Source of the DNA: Octopus sinensis
Lineage: Eukaryota
Length of the DNA stretch: 64,000 bases
Reading direction: 5' to 3'
NCBI RefSeq assembly: GCF_006345805.1
Contig: NC_043023.1
Location: forward strand, 11,656,001 to 11,720,000
Shown here: in pieces, positions 51,921 to 64,000 of the stretch
Layout of the letters: every line of letters begins with the position of its first letter
Position numbering within the stretch: position 1 is the stretch's first letter
The notes under the pieces: generated by a model
Told to the model about the DNA's origin: nothing
What the model saw: the letters and a program-made list of their open reading frames with translations, nothing else
The model's database searches: none
Translations under genes and position numbers: made by a program

Positions 51921-52277
51921 AGCGATGCCAGCTCATAAGGGCCAGTTTTCTGGTTTCAGTGGCATAGAAATTTCTGTACAACTTGATTAACTTTATGGGT
52001 GACAAGGGTGTATCTTACTCTGCACAATCTTAGTAAACAAAAGGTTCGTTTATATGGGGTCGTTTGTTTCCAGTTTACTAGGTAAAACATGACTTGACTC
52101 TTTGCTATTCAATAGATTGGGATATTAGGACAGGAAGAGCATCCAATTGTACACAAGGAAAATGCTGCTCCCAAGTAGGGAAAAGCAGGTGTTAAAATGG
52201 CAATGATGAAAAAAAAAAACCTGAAATTTTTCATATGGGCAACCAATCACTAATGTTGATTTATCTTTTTACTTTAG

Positions 52278-52526
52278 AACCAGATGCATTAGGAGACAAT
52301 GTCACACTTCATACTGAAGTAGCCGAGATGACAGGAATTGTTTTCTGGAAAAACGACAATGGTAGATATGAATGTAACCCGACTTGTTATAATTACGGTA
52401 ACTATGAAGTTACACAAGATGGTAGCAAATCTACTCTTTTGATCCGAATGGTATCAGAACAAGATTTCACTTGGCGTTTTTGTGACTTGTATCTCTGCTC
52501 TGCAAAATATACCTTAGTGACAAAAG
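52278..52526 (+). CDS. Internal exon encoding a divergent Ig-like domain
   Basis: Acceptor ttatctttttactttag|aa and donor aaag|gtaagg, both phase 1; peptide has LGDNVTL, FWK and STLLIRMVSEQD (Ig B/C/E-strand-like motifs) and 4 Cys. Confidence 0.75.
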
Positions 52527-52545
52527 GTAAGGAAATTACTTTTGC

Positions 52546-52547
<2 letters not shown>

Positions 52548-52590
<43 letters not shown>

Positions 52591-52718
52591 TAATAATGGT
52601 AATAATGATAATAATAATGATGATGATGATGATGACGATGACGACGGCGACGACAACGACGGCGACAACAACGACGGCGACGACGACGACGACACTAATA
52701 ATAATAATAATAATAATA
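52548..52718. repeat. Compound (AAT)n/(GAT)n/(GAC)n microsatellite
   Basis: Begins 21 nt after the Ig-exon donor. Confidence 0.95.
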
Positions 52719-53282
52719 GCAGTACCAGGCAGTGGCTCTCATGGCTTCTGATCTTAACTGATTGGAAGTGTTATCATGTACATTGTTTCGTGTTGGTATA
52801 AAAGATGGGCTACAGCAAATATTCTGCTCAATACCACAGATTTGCTTGTCAGTTGTTTGACCTTAACCAGTTGAGCATGACCCTTAGTGGCTGACGATAT
52901 GTGTACCTCTGATCATGAGCAGAAGTAGTGGGGGAGCATCATAGCCATGTGTTGAGAGGGATTCTTTGGGGTTTGAATAATTCACCTCTGGAAACATGGG
53001 TGGTTTTTTCAACATTCTTAAACAACCCTTATTCAGGGACCTTTTGAGCGGGATGGGCTACTCAACCTGAAGAAAATTCTAACTGGGCCCCACCTGCAAG
53101 GTCATGTGCTGTTTATCTTGATCACCATGTCGCGCACATATGGTTGTGATGCATGTGCCTGGTGTACCCTTATCAGACGGGTAGTCATGATGGGTATATT
53201 GGGCTTCGTATATTTTACCCCAGTGTCACTTTGATGGCATGAACTGCTCTCTCACTCAATAATAATAATAATAATAATAATA
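52719..53282 (+). mobile_element. Probable retroposon 3' end with an (AAT)n tail, in the Ig-gene intron
   Basis: Higher-GC block of about 520 bp ending ctctctcactc(aat)n, located beside an AAT microsatellite. Confidence 0.5.
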
Positions 53283-54145
53283 GTTCTTTCTAATTATGGC
53301 ACAAGATCAGGAATTTCATGTGGAAGCGGTTCTTTGATTACATTAATTTGATTATATTTAGTCGGTCCTTTATTTCATCAACCCCAAAGGGATGAAAGGC
53401 AAAGCTGACCTTAGCAGTATTTGAACTCAGGACAGAAAGAGTCAGAAGAAATTCCACTGAACACTTTTTTCTGGTGCAACAACAACAACAACAATAACAA
53501 TAACAACAACAATAATAATAACAACAACAACAACAACCTCAGTGCAAATATTTTTATAATACTTCAGCAAATTCAAAGTTTGTATCACATAGCATTGCTG
53601 TTCATATACAGGCATCATACAATGTGACTTTCACTCTGAGAGAACACTACCCATCCCCTGGTACAAGAATCAAAACCACAATCTTACAATCATGAGTCCA
53701 ACACCCTAACTATTAAGCCACGTGCCTCCACCTAATGCTATATAACCCTTCTAAATAATCGACTCATCTGTTGACCTTACATTTTTGTGTTAGAAAGAAG
53801 AAATTTAATCCCCTTTGCTAATGCAACATAACCTTTCTAATTGATGGATTAATCTGAAGGGGAACATCTAATCATTTTTAGACATAATAATCTGGGATAT
53901 TGTGTGTGTTGATCCGTTTCTTACCATATTTCTGCTGAAATGCATTGCCTTTGTTTCAATAATTTTGGAAATGATAAAGAATCATTACTAAACTATTGTT
54001 TGGAACATAAGGAAGGTTTTCTTTAGATCTCTTCAAAACTGAGGATTTGTACAATAGAAACAAAAACAATTTTAAGCAGGATGGTATGAAAGGGTTAAAC
54101 CTGGCTGATATTACGATTTTCTAAAAATTAAAAACAGAAAGTATA

Positions 54146-54337
54146 TGACGTATATTTGCCATTTAAATATGGCTAACCCCTAAGGGTGGATGCTACTGTA
54201 GTTTGTAGCCCCAGGAGGACACCTCCACTGGCTATAAGCACACTGGCTACAGATGGAGGAGGTGTCCTCCTGGGGCTACAAACTACAGTAGCATCACCCT
54301 TAGGGGTTAGCCATATTTAAATGGCAAATATACGTCA
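54146..54337. repeat. Intronic inverted repeat, about 80-bp arms, 31-nt spacer
   Basis: 54146-54226 versus 54258-54337, with one 1-nt indel. Confidence 0.92.
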
Positions 54338-54422
54338 CGATGTGTTGTAGCTACTGTTTATAACTCGCTTTGAGATTTATTATTGCTTAAAAAGTATATG
54401 TTTTACTGTTCATCTTTTGCAG

Positions 54423-54559
54423 GTGAAAAAACAGAAACGACGACAACAAAAGATGCTGAAACTAATGAATCAGAAGACAGCTTGCCAACCTATGCCTATG
54501 TCTTAATTTTCATATCTGTATTTGTAGCCATCGTTATCATTAAGAAAGGCCAGGAATGA
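54423..54559 (+). CDS. Terminal coding exon: Thr/acidic stalk, TM helix, short tail
   Basis: Acceptor ttcatcttttgcag|gt is phase-compatible with 52526; reads GEKTETTTTKDAETNESEDSLPTYAYVLIFISVFVAIVIIKKGQE*. Confidence 0.75.
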
Positions 54560-55143
54560 TAATGGCCAACCTTATTACTGACTTTCACTGATCCGGGTAG
54601 AATAGTTGGTTTTTGCATAAACTACCTCCATATTTTATGTAACATCATCATCATCGTTGGTTTGGCATCACCTTTTCCAAAACTCTGCTCCATCTTACTC
54701 TTGCTTGTCCAATACAAGCATGGAAAAGCGGACGTTAGAATGTTGTTGTTGATGATGAAAACGATGATATGCGATTGATGATGATAGAGGATAATAATGA
54801 TTGATGGTGATGTCTGATGATTGATGATTATGATTGATGATGATGATTGGTGATGATTGATGATGATGATGATGATGATGATGATAAGATTGATGATGAC
54901 TTCAACTGAAAAACTGTACTTTTTTTCAATCAGTTTTGAAGATGGTGAAGAATTTCGTAAAATAGCTTTGCCATTATTTGGAACATAAATTAACATATAT
55001 TAAACATAAATTAACATAAAATTTTGAATGGAAGGTTTTAATTTTGATCACTTTAACCCTTTTGTTACCATAAACTTATCCTTTACAGGTGCCGGTGGCA
55101 CGTAAAAAGCACACAGCATATTCTGTAGAGTGGTTGGTGCTAG

Positions 55144-55358
55144 GAAAAGGTGGCAAGCTGGCAGAATTGGTAGCATGCCGGATGAAATGCTTAGCAGTAT
55201 TTCGTCTGCCTCTATGTTCTGAGTTCAAATTCCACCGAGGTCGACTTTGCCTTTCATCCTTTTGGAGGTCGACGAAATAAGTACCAGTTATGCACTGGGG
55301 TCAATGTAATTGACTATCCTCCTCCCCCAAATTTCAGGCCTTGTGTCTATAGTAGAAA
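55144..55358 (+). mobile_element. S1 SINE nested in a LINE 3'UTR copy, 12-bp TSD
   Basis: ggttggtgctag at 55132-55143 and 55359-55370. Confidence 0.8.
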
Positions 55359-57389
55359 GGTTGGTGCTAGTAAGGGCATCCGGTTGTAGAAACCATGTGA
55401 CAACAGGCAATTGGAGTCGGGACAGTTTCCCGGATGACCAGATCCTGTCAAACCGTCCAATCCATGCCAGCATGGAAAACGAACTTTGAGCGATGATAAT
55501 GATGATGATGATAATGATGGTGATGATGATGATGATGCTGATAATGATGACGATGACGATGACCTCTGTTGAAGTACACTGCCTTTATTTCAAATGACAT
55601 TGTAAAAACCAACCAGTATCAGTTGTCAAGTTATTTACACATTTCATGTTATCTTCTATCTCTTACTTGCCCCAACACCACTGTGGCCATGCTGGAGCAT
55701 AGCCTTGAGGAATTTTTTGTCAAACAAATCAACCCCAGTTGGGATGAGGTACTGAAGATTGATCTCACAACGCTGAGGTTTCGGAAGGAGATAATATATA
55801 TTTCTATACTACCCACAAGGGGCTAAACACAGAGAGGACAAACAAGGACAGACAACGGATTAAGTCGATTATATCGACCCCAGTGCATAACTGGTACTTA
55901 TTTAATCGACCTCGAAAGGATGAAAGGCAAAGTCGACCTCGGCGGAATTTGAACTCACAACGTAATGGCAGACGAATATACCGCTAAGCATTTCGCCCAG
56001 CGTGCTAATGATTCTGCCAGGTCGCCGCCTTCCAGAAGGAGATAATGAAAGACTGAAATATGTGGTACATTGCTGTAGTCAAGATGACCTACCCACCACC
56101 ACAGAATTAATATCCTAAAACCTTGGTACCACATAAAAAAAACATTGGTGTTGGTACCAGGTAAAATTCACTGGTGCTGGTGCTACGTAAAAAGCACCCA
56201 GTACACTGTAAAGTGGTTGGCATTAGGAAGGGCATCCAGAAGTTTAAGAGGCATGTATGTGTATGTGTGTATATGTATACACACACATACACACATATAT
56301 ATGTGTGTGTGTATGTGTGTAGATGTGGTATGTGTATGTGTGTACACCGTACAACCTGTGAGAACTGACACCTATGTTGACATGTTTACGTCTCCATAAC
56401 TTAGCGGTTCGGTAAAAGAATAAATCCTGGGTCGATTTGTTCGAATAAAGGCGATGCTACAGCATGGCCACAATTGAAGGGGTGAAACAAATAAAAGAAT
56501 ATACATACATACATACATACATACATACATACATACATACATACATACATACATACATACATACATACATACACATACATACACACACACATACATACAT
56601 ACACACATACATACATATATACACACATACATACATACACACATACATACATACATACGCGCACACACACACACACATACATACACACACACACACATAC
56701 ATACATATATATATATATTTAGCAAAAGAGGGAGTGGTGTTTCCAAGCAGGAAAAGAAATATATAGGAAAATGTGTTGCTGAAAATGCACTTAATTTCGA
56801 GACCTCTACCATAACAAATGCTTGTGTGTGTTACCAAGAAATTTATAGAGAGTGAGAAAAAAAAAGACTTCTAAGCAAACAATTGTAGACTTGTGTTTTA
56901 AAAAGAAATCTACAAGTCTGTCTACGAGTGCTTGTGAATCGGTGATCACATTTTCAAGTGATGGTGTGCGTGAGTCTATGCGAGTGACAGTGATTCAGAA
57001 AACAATTCTAATAATAATACTTCTTATTATAAATGATCTCAACATTCTTTTTACTTTACATAAAATATTCTTTACATTCTGCTGTTGTTTTACTGTCATT
57101 TATTTACAAGTATTATAAATTTTATTGGTAAAATATTTTTCTGGGAACGACTTATAACCTTGCTATTATGGGAAAGTTCTCGCTTTACGAGCGATCTCTG
57201 GGACCAAATTACCTTGTATATTGAGGCATTACTGTATATACCTCCCTACCTCCCTACATTCATATATATATATACACACACAACACACGTCACGTATCCT
57301 CTTCCAAGTAAGTTTTTGTATATATATTATGTGTGTGTGTGGATATATATTAATGTGTGTGTGCATATATATATATATATATATGTATG

Positions 57390-57426
<37 letters not shown>

Positions 57427-57433
57427 GTAATAT

Positions 57434-57484
<51 letters not shown>

Positions 57485-57488
57485 TATC

Positions 57489-57523
<35 letters not shown>

Positions 57524-57774
57524 CAATATATATATATATATATATATATCTATATATATACATATAAAATATATATACATATATATATATAATTATAAGA
57601 TCTATATACATATATATATAATATATAAATATATATACATTATATATACTATATATAATATATATATATATATATATAAATATATATACATATATATATA
57701 TATATATAAATATTTATACATATATATATTATATAATATATAAATATATCCATATATATATATATATATATATA

Positions 57775-58633
57775 AATAATAGAAATATTAAAATAACTAA
57801 GTCTCTCTAAAAGAGAACAGCGGCAGCGTTCCCGGAAAATAATAGTTATCGCCATACTAAATGGCATTCTTATAAAAAAATAAGAAAAAGCTGTCGCTTA
57901 TTAGCTCCATGAGGCCAATCGCCTTAAGTTAGCTATTTGATACACAAACTGTATCCATATAACCTTCGAACAAGGGAGGTCAGTCGCTCCACACTACTTG
58001 ACCGGCAGCTACAGACGCGTTTCGGGTATTGCCCTTTTCAATGCAGCGTAGCCAGCCAGTAGGTGTCGCTTCCGACAATCTCTGTTCGATGGTTTTATTT
58101 ACCTAGTTTCGGTGGAATACATCCACTTGTTTTCAATAATAGAAATATTAAAATAACTAAGTCTCTCTAAAAGAGAACAGCGGCAGCGTCCCGGAAAATA
58201 ATAGTTATCGCCATACTAATATGGCATTCTTAAAAAAAGTAAGAAAAAGCTGTCCGCTTATAGCTCCATGGAGCTAATAAGCGGACAGCTTGTTTTCTTA
58301 TTTTTATATGCCTACCCCCAAAAGTCCCCCACCAACACCCCTTAAACCTGCCTAAATGTATAAATGCCAATACAATTCTTGTTAACTAGCTCCTGAAGAT
58401 TTCTCTTGAATGAAACAGTTCTAGTCCTATAGACTCCTTCTATATAATAAATAAATATATATATATTATGTAGGTCCCGGGTTGAGTCGGGGTTAACCAA
58501 AGTAAATAAGGTACTCAATACATAGCAGAGTAAATTAATTTATTTTTATAGAAGGAGCTTCTACAGGACTAGAACTGTTTCATTCAAATGAAGCAGTTCT
58601 AGTCCTGTAGAAGCTCCTTCTATAAAATAAATT
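57775..58633. mobile_element. Penelope-like repeat block with tandem and inverted partial copies, flanked by (TA)n
   Basis: 57775-57911 is repeated at 58135-58270; foldback junctions at ccatgg (58268) and 58537-58633; contains a hammerhead motif. Confidence 0.6.
58008..58047 (-). ncRNA. Minimal type I hammerhead ribozyme (U3-A8 variant)
   Basis: gctgca-UUGAAAA-ggg caaua ccc-GAAA-cgc-GUC-uguagc: 6-bp stem I, 3-bp stem II, palindromic ACGCGU stem III. Confidence 0.7.
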
Positions 58634-58670
58634 ATATATATATATATATATGCGTGTGTATGTGTGAGTG

Positions 58671-58702
<32 letters not shown>

Positions 58703-59404
58703 TATACACACATATATATATAAATATATATACACACACATATACACATATATATACACACACACACACATATATACATATATATACACACACATATATT
58801 TATATGTAGAAAACTTTAGATTAAAAAAAAAACTTTGCCTGTCTTAATTTTGAAAAATAAATTTTTTAAAACCTCGCATTATTTATGGAATGACACAGAA
58901 TATGTGTCTATCCTTCATTCACCGATTTACGTGTCTGTGCGACTGATTGTCTGTCTGTTTCTCTCCATCTTATTCTCTCACCCTCTGCAATATAACATTA
59001 GCATAAAGTTTGGTGTTAAGGGAGACTACTCACAAATATATGGTACGGGAGTTATTTCCCTTGAACGATGCTTCGAACCCGCTTCACTGCCATTTTCTAA
59101 AATTAACCGGTTAAGGGAGACTACTCTCAACTTTATATTTAAGAGTTCTCTCCCTTGACACTATTTACCGACAAAATAGATTTTATCGTCCGACGTTTAG
59201 TATTTTCTCTTCTTGGACAACCGCCATGCTGGAGCACCACATCAACGTGTTTAATCACACTCATCGACGACTGGGCTTATCTCTTTTGACACTGCTACTC
59301 ATTCCTTCGTTCTCCTTTTGTCGAATTGCTAAGTTACGATGACGTAAACAGCCAAAACTGAAAATGAAGCGGTGACTCGGGACAAACACAAGTCACAGAT
59401 AGGG

Positions 59405-59765
59405 AAATATGTGTGTGTGCGTGCGTGCGTGTGTGTGTGTGTGTGCGTATCTGTGTGCATCTATCTGTGTGTATGTGTCTGAGTGTGTGTGTGTGTGTGT
59501 GTGTGTGCGTCTTTGTGTGTGTGTTCGTGCGTGTGTGTGTGTGTGTGTGTGTGGTGCGTGTGTGTGTGTGTGCGTGCATGTGTGTGCGTGCGTGTGTGAG
59601 CGTGTGTGTGTGTGTGCGTGTGTGTGCGTGCCTGTGTGTGCGTGGTTGTTCGTGTGTGTGCGTGCGCGCGCGCCTGGTGTCTGCAAGCGCCTGTGTATGT
59701 GTGCATGTGTGTGCGTGGGCGTGTTTACGCACGTAAGTTTGCGCGCGTGTGGTGTGTGTGTGTGT
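59405..59765. repeat. (GT)n/(GCGT)n microsatellite; (TACA)n tract at 56500-56715
   Basis: Direct reading. Confidence 0.95.
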
Positions 59766-59809
59766 GTATATATATTATATATATGTGTGTAATATATATT
59801 ATATATATA

Positions 59810-59861
<52 letters not shown>

Positions 59862-59879
59862 CACTCACACATACACACG

Positions 59880-59920
<41 letters not shown>

Positions 59921-60297
59921 TTTATATATATATATATATTTTTTTTCATTTCATTCCATCTTTTTCAGCTCATGATCTGTGGCCATGCTGGGGCACCGCC
60001 ATTTAAAAGTTGTCAACAACCAGCCATGGGACTTGAATCCAGATCCCTTGGAGATGTATATATATATATATGATATATATATATAGATGTTATGATATAT
60101 ATATATACATACATATATATATATATATATATATGAAGGTATATATATATATAATATATATATCTATATCTATATATATATATATATATATATATATAGA
60201 TATATATATCATATATACTATATATATTATATATCATATATATATATTATATCTATATATATATATAATGAATGTATTATATTATATATATAATCTC

Positions 60298-60330
<33 letters not shown>

Positions 60331-60429
60331 TATATTATATACACACAAGATGATATCCTGTCGTGAACGACAAATGGAGGTTCGGTAAAATAAAAGCGTT
60401 GACCATGTTTTCTAGGCGCGAATGTGTCT

Positions 60430-61270
60430 CTTGATGCCCCCCGGTGCCTTGCAAATCTTTTGGCAAATGAAACCAGTTGAGTGCTTACTTTGTTTCAGTG
60501 CTTCTGGATCATTTACCATGTGTTTTCTCGAGTGGACAATAAAGCCTGCTTTGCTTCATGCCACAAAACCACAATGACGCTAAGATTTCTATTTAGAGGA
60601 ACAGTATTTTGCCAGCGCACCTATATGCTTACACGAAGTTGTTCCCGGTGTTGGAGCCAATTTTTCTCAAACCTTAGAAGCAGGACTAGTGCTAGGTCCT
60701 TGTGATCTGGTGCTTTGGTTTCCCAGGAAGAAAAGGGAACATTGCATCGTTTCAGATTGTCTTTTAGTTTGTCTTTGAAGCGCAGGAATGGACTTCCTAC
60801 TGACCTTCCTGACAGGAATTGGCCAAAGAGAAGTTGCTTCAGAATACGTGAGAGATGACCTGACTATCTAAACTGTATTTTGATGAGGATGACTTTAATA
60901 CCTGATATGTTGCATTCTGATCGTACCTCACTGTTATGAATATGGTCGCTCGGTTTTATGTTGGAGGTAGTACGCACGCATCGCATATGAAATGCGTCAA
61001 GCTGGTTGATGTGCTTTTGGTACAAAGTCCAAGATTCAGCACCATAAAGCAATGTTGTCAAGACAACCGTCTTACATAAACTTTCACCGTTTACGATACC
61101 TTGTGGTTGTTTCATAGCTTGTGATTTCCCGATTCTGGAATCGATTTCTTGATCCATTTTCGCATTATTGGACACGATGGATTGAAGACGAGTGAAAGGG
61201 GAAACAGTTTTTAATGTTTTTCCATCAAAATATACAGAAGCTCAGTTTTTTTTATATAGATGGTAAGTCC
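60430..61270 (-). mobile_element. Decayed RTE-type LINE 3' fragment
   Basis: DQEIDSRIGK...VVLTTLLYGAESWTLYQKHINQLDAFHMRC, with stops and frameshifts. Confidence 0.8.
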
Positions 61271-61320
61271 AAAAGTCTTGGATGCATCGCAGAGAGACAA
61301 AGTGACAAAGAGAGGGAGAG

Positions 61321-61358
<38 letters not shown>

Positions 61359-62176
61359 TCCCACTCCGTCTGCGCACACATGTCAATACACACACACACA
61401 GCCACACACCCTTCAAACTCCTTCTGACTACCTATTGATCCGTCCATCTAGGCACACATGCAAACACACAGGCATGCACGGCTACACCCACCCACTGTAG
61501 CTGCTGACTTCTCATAGCCACATTAAAACACACACACACAGATACTATCACACACACACACGAACACCCCCACACACACATATATATGTATACATGCAAC
61601 AAGCTTCCTTTCAGTTTCCATCTACCAAATCCACTCACAAAGCTTTGGTCAGTCCGAGGCTACAGTGGAAGACACTCGCGCAAGGTGCCATGAAGTGAAC
61701 CCGGAACCATATGGTTGAGAAGGATACTTCTTCCCATACATCCGTGCCTATGTATGTATGTATGTATGTATGTATGTATGTATGTATGTATGTATGTATG
61801 TGTGAGCATGTATGTATGTATGTATATGCATAATATATATATATATATATATATATATTGGGCGAATGTATTCCACTGTAGCCTCGGACTGACCAAAGCC
61901 TTGTGAGTGGATTTGCTAGATGGAAACTGAAAGGAAGCTTGTTGCATGTATACATATATATGTGGGGGGGGTGTTCGTGTGTTGGGGGGGTTTCGTGTGT
62001 GTGTGTGTGTGTGTATGTATATGTATATATATATATGTATGTGTGACTTTCTGTCGGCCCGAGGCTATAGTAGAAGACACCTGCCCAAGGTGCCACGCAG
62101 TGGGACTGAACCCGGAACCATGTGGTTGGTAAACAAGCTACTTACCACACAGCCACTCCTGCGCCAATATATATAT

Positions 62177-62238
<62 letters not shown>

Positions 62239-62240
62239 TA

Positions 62241-62645
62241 TTGAAAAAGTGCCACACCCTAGCGGTTGAGGGAACCTGTGGAAGAGGTAGACCCAGGAAA
62301 ACCTGGGACGAGGTAGTGAAGCATGACCTTCGAACATTAGGTCTCACTGAGGAAATGACTAGTGACCAAGACCTTTGGAAGTATGCTGTGCGTGAGAAGA
62401 CCCAGCAGGACAAGTGAGACCATAACCCGTGGCCTCTACCAGGGATGTAGCCAGTCCACTTATGCATACCTTTCCTTCTGGGACACAAAACTCTACTTGT
62501 GAAGACCTGTTGAGGCAAGTGAAAATCAAAATCAAAATCAATCAACATCAATGGAAATTGTAGTTGTGATACCAGTGCTGGTGGCACGTAAGAGATCCAT
62601 CCGAACGTGGCTGTTGCTAGCGCAGCCCCGACTGATGATGATGAT
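62241..62645 (+). mobile_element. RTE-X-like LINE 3' end (ORF terminus, 3'UTR, GAT tail)
   Basis: 62241-62417 reads KKCHTLAVEGTCGRGRPRKTWDEVVKHDL...QQDK*, followed by the 3'UTR family seen across the window. Confidence 0.85.
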
Positions 62646-63016
62646 ATATATATATATAATACACACACATATATATACATTAGGTATATATGCATATTCA
62701 TATCTATTATATAAAAGTCAATGTCTTTATGTGTCTTTACGTTCTTAGTTCAAATTCCACTGAGGTCATCTTTGCCTCTCATCCTGTCAGGGTCAATAAA
62801 TTACCAGTTGTACGTGTTGTGTACTATGGTCGATCTTATTGACTAGCCCCGTCCCCAAGAATTTTGGGCCTTGCACATAGAGAAGGAGAAAATATTTCCA
62901 ATGTTGAATCACTGTATCTTTTGACTATCCTCTTTATCTTACTGTTTCTTTTTCTGTTTCAGAATATTACATCCTGTTGATATGAAAGAAATTACTTCAT
63001 TCAGATGTGCCTTTGA

Positions 63017-64000
<984 letters not shown>

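Noticed and set aside
52527-52801. Poly-Asn/Asp C-terminus of ORF 52235-52801
   Set aside because: Read-through past a strong gtaagg donor into an intronic trinucleotide microsatellite.
51563-53648. 58-bp similarity between 51563-51620 and 53590-53648 as evidence of exon-unit duplication
   Set aside because: Too short; the flanks and exons do not align, so a small dispersed repeat is more likely.
58393-58432. CUGAAGA...GAAA...GUC hammerhead-like string
   Set aside because: Stem I does not close next to the core and 10.1-11.1 is U-U; not supportable without a family consensus.

Overview
AT-rich eukaryotic DNA, most likely from an octopus or other coleoid cephalopod. This is inferred from the dense tandem TGEKP-linked C2H2 zinc-finger cluster, which is a known coleoid expansion, and from the repeat landscape; the species cannot be proven from the sequence. 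The window holds eight C2H2-ZNF units, here named A-H, in the order A+ B+ C+ D- E- F- G+ H+. A-E have long open arrays (16, 18, 12, 19 and 18 fingers). F is 3'-truncated, G is frameshifted and H is a pseudogene. There is also one ghost unit with its whole finger array deleted and one orphan 3' tail. The units share a recognisable cassette: a putative promoter/exon-1 module with a GCCATCTATTGG motif and a GTAAGT donor, a common splice acceptor, a roughly 50-58 nt 5'UTR intron, a single ZNF coding exon and a conserved 3'UTR. Two exons between G and H encode a non-ZNF protein (divergent Ig-like domain, Thr/acidic stalk, TM helix, KKGQE tail). The intergenic DNA contains tRNA-derived SINEs, RTE/CR1 LINE fragments, Helitron ends, piggyBac-like MITEs, three GG...CC-ended MITE families with 8-9 bp TSDs, Penelope-like repeats carrying hammerhead-ribozyme motifs, long hairpins and microsatellites. 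The most notable observations are a 5'-inverted RTE insertion with a 296-bp target duplication (its empty site is visible in the paralogous unit), a minimal hammerhead with U3-A8 covariation, the Ig-TM gene, and a coding-like antisense fossil exon in the ZNF 3'UTRs. All alignments, counts and coordinates were made by eye.
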